From UHGV virus genome UHGV-0283826: DNA of 36,933 nucleotides; one strand, 5' to 3'. Made by a program: the position numbers and the translations under genes. Under the pieces are notes generated by a model that worked only from the letters and a program-made list of their open reading frames with translations, was not told the origin of the DNA and ran no database searches. Each line of letters begins with the position of its first letter. Position 1 is the stretch's first letter. This document shows positions 9,043 to 16,030 of the stretch, piece after piece. The stretch comes from a virus.

Positions 9043-10105
9043 GTTAATCATTGATGTTAGCTATCATAATGGAGTGATAAATTGGGAAAAAGTAAAAGTA
9101 TCCGGTTGTGCAGGAGCTATTCTTAGATGCGGATATGGAGATGATATCACATCACAGGACGATAAGCAGTGGATTCGTAACCTTTCAGAATGTGAAAGAC
9201 TTGGTATTCCGGTAGGAGCATATCTGTACAGCTATGCCACTTCTGACAGACAGGCACAGAGCGAACTTGATCATATTCTTAGATTGATTAAAGGTCATAC
9301 TTTCCAGTTACCAATCTTCCTTGATGTTGAAGAACCGGGAACACAGCACTATGCTCCTAGATGTTGTGAGATTGTCTGTGAAGGACTCAAGGCTAATGGT
9401 TATGTTCCTGGAATCTATGCTTCACTGAGCTGGTTCAATAACTATCTCGGAAATGTTCGTGGAAAGTATGTTGAGTGGATGGCAAGATACAAGAATCTTC
9501 CGGAAGATACATACAAAGACCAGTATGCTATTTGGCAGTATTCCTCCGACGGTCATGTAGATGGAGTTAACGGAAGAGTTGATGTCAACTATTGCTACAT
9601 GGAATTTGGCGAAAGCGCTGCACCAGTAACACCGTCAGCACCTTCTAAGCCAGCAGAGAAGAAAGACTTAGGACAGGTCGATATTACATATCAGGCTTTC
9701 ACGGATAGATGGTGGCCACCAGTAACCAATAAAGCTGATTGGGCTGGAAAAGGTGATAATGTATCGATCAAGTGGCTTGCAATCAAGGTAAGCAAAGGAA
9801 GCATTCGCTGTCGAGTATACACAAGAAAGAATGGTTGGTTGCCATATCTTACATTCGGCAACAGCTATGACTTGAACGATAAGAAGAACGGAATCCTCGG
9901 AGATGGTTCGGAGATTCTTGCTATCGAGCTGTACTACATCACACCAGATGGATATAAGTACAAGATGGTCCACTACAGAGTTTCTGTACAGAACAATCCT
10001 AACTTCTACGCAGATCAGATCGATACACTGAAAGCAAGTGGCATGGACGGATTCGCTGGAGATAAGAAGAGATTCGTGGATAAGTTCCAATCGTGGATTG
10101 AGTAA
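9035..10105 (+). CDS. Endolysin: GH25 muramidase (Cpl-1-like) catalytic domain plus C-terminal ~150-aa putative cell-wall-binding domain of unrecognised type
   Basis: LIIDVSYHNGVINWEKVKVSGCAGAILRCGYG is the classic GH25 N-terminus. SD GAAGGTGG lies 6 nt upstream of ATG 9035. Confidence 0.85.
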   Translation: MSKLIIDVSYHNGVINWEKVKVSGCAGAILRCGYGDDITSQDDKQWIRNLSECERLGIPVGAYLYSYATSDRQAQSELDHILRLIKGHTFQLPIFLDVEEPGTQHYAPRCCEIVCEGLKANGYVPGIYASLSWFNNYLGNVRGKYVEWMARYKNLPEDTYKDQYAIWQYSSDGHVDGVNGRVDVNYCYMEFGESAAPVTPSAPSKPAEKKDLGQVDITYQAFTDRWWPPVTNKADWAGKGDNVSIKWLAIKVSKGSIRCRVYTRKNGWLPYLTFGNSYDLNDKKNGILGDGSEILAIELYYITPDGYKYKMVHYRVSVQNNPNFYADQIDTLKASGMDGFAGDKKRFVDKFQSWIE

Positions 10106-10111
10106 AAAGAT

Positions 10112-10143
10112 GCCCCAGAGCAATTCGCTTTGGGGCTTTAATA
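10112..10143 (+). terminator. Rho-independent terminator after the lysis cassette
   Basis: GCCCCAGAG (10112..10120) - 7-nt loop - CTTTGGGGC (10128..10136) followed by TTTAATATT. Confidence 0.7.
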
Positions 10144-10214
10144 TTGTATCATCTTTTTGCGCAGTATTTTGATAGAAGAAAATACGAGTTCCTTCATATT
10201 ATTATGCGATTCAT

Positions 10215-10258
10215 TTCCAAAAGAATTGGGATAAAGAATAATCCCGTTTCTTTTGGAA
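10215..10258. repeat. 44-bp nested palindrome 16 bp from the integrase stop (candidate attP or recombinase site)
   Basis: TTCCAAAAGAA (10215..10225) and TTCTTTTGGAA (10248..10258) are perfect 11-bp inverted repeats. They enclose TGGGAT...ATCCC. No flanking U-tract on either strand. Confidence 0.4.
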
Positions 10259-10273
10259 ATAACAAAAAACCCT

Positions 10274-11824
10274 TTATTTGCGCGGAATTCTGGGCTTTAT
10301 TGTCAATTCAAAGTTAGGCTCATTCAGATGACCGCGCTTATTTTTCGTTAATTTCTTGTATTCTATAGATTCTATGAGTAATTTCAACAATCTGTTGCGT
10401 TCCGGAATAGATAAATCCCAATAACAGGAAAGCAGATCTTCACAAGCCGGCAGGAACTGTTCTATATTGGCTTCTCTTTGGCGTTCCTTGTCAAGTTCGA
10501 GTTTCAGCTGGGCAACGTTTGATTCAGCTTCAGAGATTCGGTTTTGTAAACTGTCAGATCGCTCAAGAAAGACTTCTGTCGAGTAGACACCTTGTTCAAG
10601 CAGATCATACATGGTTCCCTTTTGCCGTAGAAGTTGATCGAGTGTCTGTTGAGCTGATTCCAAAAGAACTTCTTTTTCCGGAATAAGACTCTTGGTTGGC
10701 ATATGACCACTCAGACGATATCCTTCAACCCAGTCAGAAAGCGCGTTATAAACTTCTCGCTCAACAAGATCCAAAGGGCTGCCAATGGTAGGACAATCAT
10801 ATGTACTGCACAACATCAGATCATAAGGAACACGACTTGCAGTTCCGGAAGGCGGCCGGCGAATCATTTTCTTTTTGCACTCACTACAGATAATGATTCC
10901 TGCAAGTGGATTTTTGACAATGTTAGAACCGGCAGGCTTCGGGGATCCACAGCCAAGATAACTTTGAGCTTCTGCAAATACATCGTGATCGATCAAGCGC
11001 GGATGCCGGCCGGAAACAATGGTATAGTCATTGGTTCTCGGACGTGTGGTTGTGAGAACGCCATTTTCAATTGTTCTGACCACTTTTCGCTCACCGATCT
11101 TAACGCATTGATCGTACACAACATTAGAGAGGATTCCACGGACGGTGCTCTCACTCCAAAGTTTGGAATTACGCGGCTTTGTACCGTAACTGTTTAAAGT
11201 ACGAGTAATCGACCGGATACCGACACGTTCCGGACCGGTAAACATAGAAAAGATAAGCCGCACAACAGGAGCCTCGTTTTCATCAAAAGCAAGAGTCCAT
11301 CCTTTCTCTTTTTCAAGTTTCACTCTCCGGAAACCGTATGGTGCGGAGTTGTATGGCCACTTTCCTTCAGAGATAGCGGCATAACGTCCATTCTGCATCC
11401 TGCGCTTAATCGTCTTATATTCACGACGACTCATAAATAATCCAAACTCAAAATACTCTTCATCGAATTCATTAGCCGGATCATAGGTTTTGGAAGGAGT
11501 GATGATTAGTGTGTTGGAATACTGGAAAGCTCTCTGTACAACTCCCTGATCGATCGTATCACCACGAGCAAGACGTTCTACTTCCATAACAAGCACACCG
11601 TCCCAAAGGTTCTGTTCTACTTCGTGGAGTAACTGTTGCATAACAGGACGCGCAGCTATAGTTTCTCCGGACACAACTTCTCGGTAAATATTGCTGATAA
11701 TAAGGTTGTTTTTCTTAGCAAGAGAGAGAAGTGCACGTTCGTGTCTGGCAAGAGTTTCCCCTTCACCATGCTGCTCGGCTTCAAGATCCTTTCTTGATTT
11801 CCTCAAATAAATACAATACGACAT
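10274..11824 (-). CDS. int: Large serine recombinase (phage integrase)
   Basis: N-terminal resolvase catalytic domain (YLRKSRKD...), recombinase domain, Cys-rich zinc ribbon (C..C...C) and C-terminal coiled coil. ATG at 11824 lies 6 nt after a GGAGGTG SD. Confidence 0.9.
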   Translation of the reverse strand: MSYCIYLRKSRKDLEAEQHGEGETLARHERALLSLAKKNNLIISNIYREVVSGETIAARPVMQQLLHEVEQNLWDGVLVMEVERLARGDTIDQGVVQRAFQYSNTLIITPSKTYDPANEFDEEYFEFGLFMSRREYKTIKRRMQNGRYAAISEGKWPYNSAPYGFRRVKLEKEKGWTLAFDENEAPVVRLIFSMFTGPERVGIRSITRTLNSYGTKPRNSKLWSESTVRGILSNVVYDQCVKIGERKVVRTIENGVLTTTRPRTNDYTIVSGRHPRLIDHDVFAEAQSYLGCGSPKPAGSNIVKNPLAGIIICSECKKKMIRRPPSGTASRVPYDLMLCSTYDCPTIGSPLDLVEREVYNALSDWVEGYRLSGHMPTKSLIPEKEVLLESAQQTLDQLLRQKGTMYDLLEQGVYSTEVFLERSDSLQNRISEAESNVAQLKLELDKERQREANIEQFLPACEDLLSCYWDLSIPERNRLLKLLIESIEYKKLTKNKRGHLNEPNFELTIKPRIPRK

Positions 11825-11894
11825 GATATCACCTCCGTATATATTATGTAAAAAAGTACAAAAATAACAGTCATACATAGAACGTAAGTTCTGA

Positions 11895-11923
11895 TTGTGC
11901 GACTGCACCGAAGATGATACAAT
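11895..11923 (+). promoter_or_regulatory. Near-consensus sigma-A-type promoter: TTGTGC-17 bp-TGaTACAAT (extended -10)
   Basis: -35 at 11895..11900, 17-bp spacer, -10 TACAAT at 11918..11923 preceded by TGA. Points away from int toward the terminator at 11990. Confidence 0.45.
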
Positions 11924-11930
11924 ATTCTTT

Positions 11931-12024
11931 GGTAAGACAGTATCTCTTCGGAGTTACTAAAGCACATTGGAGTGTGCTTCCCCAGTTGACCGTTCCTGTT
12001 GGCGCAGGAGCGGTTTTTTATTTT
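11931..12024 (+). ncRNA. Candidate ~95-nt small RNA between int and the K+ channel gene (promoter to intrinsic terminator, no ORF)
   Basis: Transcript predicted from the promoter at 11895..11923 to the terminator at 11990..12024. It contains the palindrome GCACATTGGAGTGTGC (11962..11977). The only ORF here (11914..12129) has no SD and is cut by the terminator. Confidence 0.3.
11990..12024 (+). terminator. Rho-independent terminator (plus-strand orientation); the T-tract overlaps the stop of the minus-strand channel gene
   Basis: CCGTTCCTG (11990..11998) - TTGGCG - CAGGAGCGG (12005..12013) followed by TTTTTTATTTT. Confidence 0.55.
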
Positions 12025-12787
12025 AGTTGTTATGACTATTTCCTTCATGAAGAAAATTTAATGTATCGCATATCGTTTTTAAATCATCATCTGAAAGATC
12101 GTCAAATTTGTCTAGCTGTTCTTGAATAGATTTAATTAGCTTATCACGAGAGGTTTCGGCCTTCTGATCATGCTTTTGAAAAAACAGGGCAGTGATCGTA
12201 CTTGTAAGAGATCCAATCAAACCGATTCCGACAATCATCAAAACAGTTGCTATGATTCTTCCGGGAATAGTTGATGGTGAGATATCTCCGTATCCAACAG
12301 TTGTCGCTGTGACAAAGCTCCACCAAAATCCGTCTGCAAAGCTCATACATTCCGCGTAATGAATAGAAACTCCACCAATCAGGATACAGATCAGCGTTGC
12401 TCCGACCATATATTTGAAACCATTCAGATCAAAGAAGAACTTCACACGCTTGTAAAGTCTTGCAAATCGTGCAGATGCTTTTGCGAGTTTTAGGAGTTTT
12501 AGCATTTTGAAAATTTTGAAAACCCTAAACACTTTAAACAGAGAATTAAATGGAATAATAGCGATCAGATCCAGCACATTATTCCGGAAGAACTCTTTTT
12601 TATTTTTGGCAATCAGAAATCGTAAAGCATAGTCTGCAATGAATATCACATTAATTGCAAAGTCAATATTACGTTGAACAGCAGAGCAACCAGTTGTCAT
12701 GTCGCAGATTGCAAAATAGACGGCTATGATTGCAAGACCACTGAAAATAAAATCATACAGCAGTAAAAAACGGTCTTTTTGTTTCAT
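12023..12787 (-). CDS. Voltage-gated K+ channel (6-TM Kv-type: S4 voltage sensor plus TVGYGD pore)
   Basis: S4-like FRVFKIFKMLKLLKLAKASARFARLYKR with basic residues every third position. Canonical K+ selectivity filter TATTVGYGD. Six hydrophobic segments. Acidic C-terminal tail. Confidence 0.8.
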   Translation of the reverse strand: MKQKDRFLLLYDFIFSGLAIIAVYFAICDMTTGCSAVQRNIDFAINVIFIADYALRFLIAKNKKEFFRNNVLDLIAIIPFNSLFKVFRVFKIFKMLKLLKLAKASARFARLYKRVKFFFDLNGFKYMVGATLICILIGGVSIHYAECMSFADGFWWSFVTATTVGYGDISPSTIPGRIIATVLMIVGIGLIGSLTSTITALFFQKHDQKAETSRDKLIKSIQEQLDKFDDLSDDDLKTICDTLNFLHEGNSHNN

Positions 12788-12811
12788 TTAGAAAACCTTT
12801 CATTCTTTCTA

Positions 12812-14080
12812 TCAAGGATGACAATGACCACAAGGTGAATAACCTTGATTGATCAAATCATCTTTAGTTCCTTCATATGCCCAGTAATTTTCTGGAGAAA
12901 TTTTATCTACATCCCTACAATTTGGAAGATGAAATTTTTTAGTAGAGGTATTCACAACATAAGAAGAAGCTTGAGGTTCTTGTGTTTGCTGGACAACAGC
13001 TGGTTGATTGGATTCTTCGGCAGCAGCTTCCTCAGCAGCTTGTTGAGCTTCGAGCTCTGCCTGCCTTGCAGCTTCTGCTTCAGCTTGTGCTTGAGCTTCA
13101 GCGGCGGCAATAGCAGCCTTGTCTTCAACATTGAAAGTCAGCGAATTACTTTCAATGCCATCACATGAAACAGTGATTATATAAGAACCAGCTTCACTTG
13201 CTGAAAATGTAAGGTTTCCGTTATCATCAGAAGCAAAGATGCATTCGGATCCATTTAAAGTCAGGTTGTCGATATTGGCATCAGATGGCGTAACAGTAAG
13301 TGTTACGGGAACTTCTGTATTGATATCATAAATCTGATCGGTATCAGCTGAAATGCTCAAACTTTCAAGAGCTGCAACTACTGGTTTTGTGTCCTCAACT
13401 TTTTCTACATTCTTTTCCGTATTCTTATCACCGGAATCGGTGCATGATGAAATAGCTCCGATCACAAGGAAGAAAAGAACGACAGCTGTAAGGCATCCAC
13501 ATCCCATCTTCTTTTTGGATGGCTTATCATTTATATCCGGAGAGGTACCTGAAAATGTAGATGAACCGAAATTACTTTCGAATGAAAGTCGTTTTTTAAT
13601 CTCTTTTGAATAGGTGATTGACATTGCAAGTGTGATACCGCCGAAAATCAAACAAATTACTGTTGCCAAAGCACTTCCACCGGCGAAACCGATTAGCGCA
13701 ACGAAAAACAGAAAAGCGGACAGTATCGCAGAGATTATTTTATAGCGCTTCAAAGAATCCGTTGTTAATTTATCAAGCGACGCGCTTGAACCATCGGCAA
13801 CATTATTCTGAAAAGAAAGGTCTTCCGTAAGGACTGGATCTAAGTTGTCTGTAGAAATCCTTTTATGACTGGATGGTTTTTTACTACCAGATCCACCACC
13901 GGAAGAAGTAGTGTAGTATGCGCCGGTACCTGGAATGCCGACAGATGTTGTTTTCTTTCCAGAAGAGCTATATGTTTTGTGAACACCTTTTCCACCAAAC
14001 GTTACACTTGTACTTTTCTTGTTCAAGTTTACTTTTACTCCAGGAGCAACCTTGAAACTTTTTCTAAATCTTAATCCCAT
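12812..14080 (-). CDS. Membrane protein: N-terminal DUF4236, 3 TM helices, Ig-like (Big) domain, Ala/Glu/Gln-rich coiled coil, C-terminal Ada-like Zn-binding domain
   Basis: ATG at 14080 with a GAGGG SD. MGLRFRKSFKVAPGVKVNLNKKS matches the DUF4236 N-terminus. C-terminal FHLPNC...NYWAYEGTKDDLINQGYSPCGHCHP matches the Ada metal-binding pattern (YHxPxC...GYxPCxxCxP). Its stop lies 24 bp upstream of the channel gene start. Confidence 0.65.
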   Translation of the reverse strand: MGLRFRKSFKVAPGVKVNLNKKSTSVTFGGKGVHKTYSSSGKKTTSVGIPGTGAYYTTSSGGGSGSKKPSSHKRISTDNLDPVLTEDLSFQNNVADGSSASLDKLTTDSLKRYKIISAILSAFLFFVALIGFAGGSALATVICLIFGGITLAMSITYSKEIKKRLSFESNFGSSTFSGTSPDINDKPSKKKMGCGCLTAVVLFFLVIGAISSCTDSGDKNTEKNVEKVEDTKPVVAALESLSISADTDQIYDINTEVPVTLTVTPSDANIDNLTLNGSECIFASDDNGNLTFSASEAGSYIITVSCDGIESNSLTFNVEDKAAIAAAEAQAQAEAEAARQAELEAQQAAEEAAAEESNQPAVVQQTQEPQASSYVVNTSTKKFHLPNCRDVDKISPENYWAYEGTKDDLINQGYSPCGHCHP

Positions 14081-14136
14081 AAATTTACCCTCATTTGTGT
14101 GCCTGCCAATCAGGAACACCACAATCCTGATCAGAA

Positions 14137-14161
14137 CCTGCTCTATAAATATTTGAGCAGG
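14137..14161. promoter_or_regulatory. Stem-loop in the 5' leader of the DUF4236/Kv operon
   Basis: CCTGCTC (14137..14143) - 11-nt AT loop - GAGCAGG (14155..14161). A candidate minus-strand promoter TTGATT-17-TATATA lies at 14233..14261. Confidence 0.3.
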
Positions 14162-14305
14162 CTTTCCTAATAATAGCAATCCCTAAAGTTCCTAAGTGAA
14201 AAAGAACAGATGTTCGATAAAACATTGATTTCTATATACAAATGTTGTATGATGAAATCAAGGAATTTCGAAGAGCGTTCTTGCTGGGAACGGAGGGATA
14301 ACATA

Positions 14306-14428
14306 ATGAACAATGTATCTAAACAACTTATCATAGGAATGGTGAAGAAAATTGACGATTCAGATGAAAAATTTCTTCGCCAGCTCTACACCATCTTAAA
14401 AAGACATTTAGAAAGAAGGAAGCATTAG
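14306..14428 (+). CDS. Small hypothetical protein (40 aa) convergent with the repressor gene
   Basis: ATG at 14306, 8 nt after a GGAGGG SD. Ends inside the terminator hairpin. Basic and helical. Confidence 0.3.
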   Translation: MNNVSKQLIIGMVKKIDDSDEKFLRQLYTILKRHLERRKH

Positions 14429-14441
14429 CTTCCTTTTTTTA
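14418..14441. terminator. Bidirectional terminator hairpin whose loop contains the overlapping stop codons of two convergent genes
   Basis: GGAAGC - ATTA - GCTTCC followed by TTTTTTT on the plus strand. The plus stop TAG (14426..14428) and the minus stop TAA (14425..14427) both sit in the loop. Confidence 0.55.
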
Positions 14442-14811
14442 TGTTCTCCCGCAACTTGGCACTGAAATCACGGATTACTTCCTTTGATTTAGGAGACAAT
14501 TCATGATATGTGTGCATGATTTCCTTAATCAACTTATATAAATCATTATCACTGTCTTCCAGCAATTCAGATACATAAGCAGCTTCTTCATCTTCTTCAG
14601 GAAGCTCCAAGAACATATCACCAGCTCCAGATCGGAGCCATTCCTCATTAACATTGAATGTTTTGCATATAAGAGCTATTGCGGAATCACTTGGAATGCT
14701 ACGTCCCATTTCATAAGTGGCTACAGTATTACGTTTAACTTTTATTGATTCTGCGAACTCTTGTTGTGTCAGCTTTAGAACTTTTCGAAGTTCTTTAATA
14801 CGTTCGTTCAT
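14425..14811 (-). CDS. XRE-family HTH transcriptional repressor (CI-like lysogeny repressor, no peptidase domain)
   Basis: N-terminal HTH_3 motif (LRKVLKLTQQEFAESIKVKRNTVATYEMGRSIP) and an acidic C-terminus. Divergent from the early promoter. Confidence 0.8.
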   Translation of the reverse strand: MNERIKELRKVLKLTQQEFAESIKVKRNTVATYEMGRSIPSDSAIALICKTFNVNEEWLRSGAGDMFLELPEEDEEAAYVSELLEDSDNDLYKLIKEIMHTYHELSPKSKEVIRDFSAKLRENIKKGS

Positions 14812-14837
14812 TTTGCACCTCCCTTCGCTATGAACAT

Positions 14838-14866
14838 ATTATAACACACAGTGCTTGAATGCACAA
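14838..14866 (-). promoter_or_regulatory. Repressor-side promoter: TTGTGC-17-TGtTATAAT (extended -10), minus strand
   Basis: -10 (revcomp) at 14838..14843, -35 (revcomp GCACAA) at 14861..14866. TSS about 20 nt upstream of the repressor ATG, whose SD is GGGAGGTG. Confidence 0.55.
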
Positions 14867-14889
14867 TAGAAAATGTTGAAATAATCAAC
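14851..14889. promoter_or_regulatory. Candidate operator palindromes between the divergent promoters
   Basis: GTGCttgaatGCAC (14851..14864) overlaps the minus -35. GTTGAaataaTCAAC (14875..14889) sits between the two -35 boxes. The half-site ATCAAC recurs at 14934..14939 downstream of the plus -10. Confidence 0.35.
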
Positions 14890-14899
14890 AAAACAATAC

Positions 14900-14928
14900 T
14901 TGACAAAAGTTTTATGTCGACATATAAT
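14900..14928 (+). promoter_or_regulatory. Perfect-consensus early promoter: TTGACA-17-TATAAT, plus strand
   Basis: -35 at 14900..14905, 17-bp spacer, -10 at 14923..14928. Drives the rightward early genes. Confidence 0.65.
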
Positions 14929-14961
14929 TGTTTTAGAATCAACACGAAAGAGGTGAACAAT

Positions 14962-15114
14962 GTGAGTGAAGAACAGAAAAGATTAATCGAAGAAACTGTA
15001 GAGAACCTAAAGCATTTAGACAAAGAAAGCCTCCTGGTAGTAAAGGGAAGCGTAGAAGTGCTCAAGGCAAGAGATGCAATGGAGAAAGATGGTCCAGAGA
15101 AGAAAGTGGGGTGA
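14962..15114 (+). CDS. Small early protein (50 aa), first rightward gene; no recognisable HTH
   Basis: GTG at 14962, 6 nt after an AAAGAGGTG SD. Acidic and helical. Confidence 0.4.
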   Translation: MSEEQKRLIEETVENLKHLDKESLLVVKGSVEVLKARDAMEKDGPEKKVG

Positions 15115-15120
15115 GAAGAG

Positions 15121-15360
15121 ATGAATATCTACGAGGAAATCTCATTGTTTGCCAAAAGGCAAAGGGATGAAATCGATAAAGAAAAGAAAAAAAGACGAAA
15201 GCAGGTATACATTGATCCGGATTCAATCATAGGAAAGGAAATTATGTATCAAACAGCGCTGCTTCATGAAATTCTACATGAGATTAGAGGAGGCAGAACC
15301 TCCCCTAAAGAAATTAATCATTCTCAAATGCAAAAACGGAAGAATCAAAAAACTCTTTGA
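15121..15360 (+). CDS. Small basic early protein (79 aa)
   Basis: ATG with a GGGGTGAG SD. Lys/Arg-rich. Confidence 0.35.
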   Translation: MNIYEEISLFAKRQRDEIDKEKKKRRKQVYIDPDSIIGKEIMYQTALLHEILHEIRGGRTSPKEINHSQMQKRKNQKTL

Positions 15361-15670
15361 GTCGCTGGAATTCGATATCTGTCCATTGATGTGAATGATT
15401 ATCACGATAGTTGTTTAGTAATTCTTGCATATATGCGTCGAAAAGATGGAAAATGTCTTCTGCTTCTTCACGTTCTAAAACGTTGATACAAGAATAGTAG
15501 AGAGATTCTGCAGAAGCAAATTTAGATGCGGCAACATTTAAATTTGCAACAGCTACAGAATTATCGATCTTTTCATCAAAGACATAATCATGTGAGTATT
15601 GAGCAAACAACATGGCGCGGCGCATTAGAGATTTGAAATTCTCTATAAGGACTAAATCGTCGTTATTCAT
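15314..15670 (-). CDS. Hypothetical protein (118 aa), leftward, convergently overlapping the 3' end of 15121..15360
   Basis: ATG at 15670, 7 nt after an AAAGGAG SD. The product looks globular (MNNDDLVLIENFKSLMRRAMLFAQYSHDYVF...). Confidence 0.45.
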   Translation of the reverse strand: MNNDDLVLIENFKSLMRRAMLFAQYSHDYVFDEKIDNSVAVANLNVAASKFASAESLYYSCINVLEREEAEDIFHLFDAYMQELLNNYRDNHSHQWTDIEFQRLKEFFDSSVFAFEND

Positions 15671-15764
15671 AATAAAACTCCTTTCTTTTGTACTCAGCTC
15701 TAGCGAGAGCCTGCAAGGAAAGTATAGGAGAAGAAATAGAAAATAGCAAGAGAGGTGAGAAGCG

Positions 15765-15953
15765 TTGCCTGAGTTTAATGATGTAGTCATGAATGATGGG
15801 AAACTGTTGGAAGGAGAAAAAATAGGCGAACTTGTCAAATACATTATAAATAAGTTCGCCAAAGAAAATTTAACAAGAAATGAAGCAATTGAAATACTGG
15901 ATAGAACAAAGGAGTGTACAGGAGATGCTGCTGTAATAAGAGAAGTAGATTAG
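15765..15953 (+). CDS. Small hypothetical protein (62 aa)
   Basis: TTG start 5 nt after an AGAGGTGAG SD. Confidence 0.3.
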   Translation: MPEFNDVVMNDGKLLEGEKIGELVKYIINKFAKENLTRNEAIEILDRTKECTGDAAVIREVD

Positions 15954-16030
15954 AGATTTTCTTTGCAATCAGTGTTAAAAAATTGCTGTGAACTAAGAAT
16001 GCAAAACAGATTTGATAGGATCAGGAAGAA

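Noticed and set aside
9668-10123. 151-aa minus-strand ORF
   Set aside because: Lies wholly inside the well-supported GH25 endolysin gene and has no RBS. Antisense artefact.
10703-11197. 164-aa plus-strand ORF
   Set aside because: Antisense to the serine integrase gene. No start context and low-complexity composition.
11895-11923. Mirror-image minus-strand promoter (TTGTAT-17-CACAAT) overlapping the plus-strand sRNA promoter
   Set aside because: The -10 CACAAT is poor (the invariant T1 and T3 are absent). It is probably just the reverse complement of the plus promoter rather than a face-to-face pair.
11940-12000. Possible tRNA 3' fragment at attP (common for phage integration sites)
   Set aside because: The palindrome GCACA-TTGGAGT-TGTGC does not fit a T-arm (no GTTCRANYC loop, no CCA context). 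Serine integrases rarely target tRNAs.
11914-12129. 71-aa plus-strand ORF overlapping the candidate sRNA
   Set aside because: No SD. It is bisected by the intrinsic terminator at 11990..12024 and overlaps the channel gene on the other strand. More likely a non-coding transcript.
12845-13168. 107-aa plus-strand ORF
   Set aside because: Antisense to the DUF4236/Ada-Zn membrane protein gene. Hydrophobic junk composition and no RBS.
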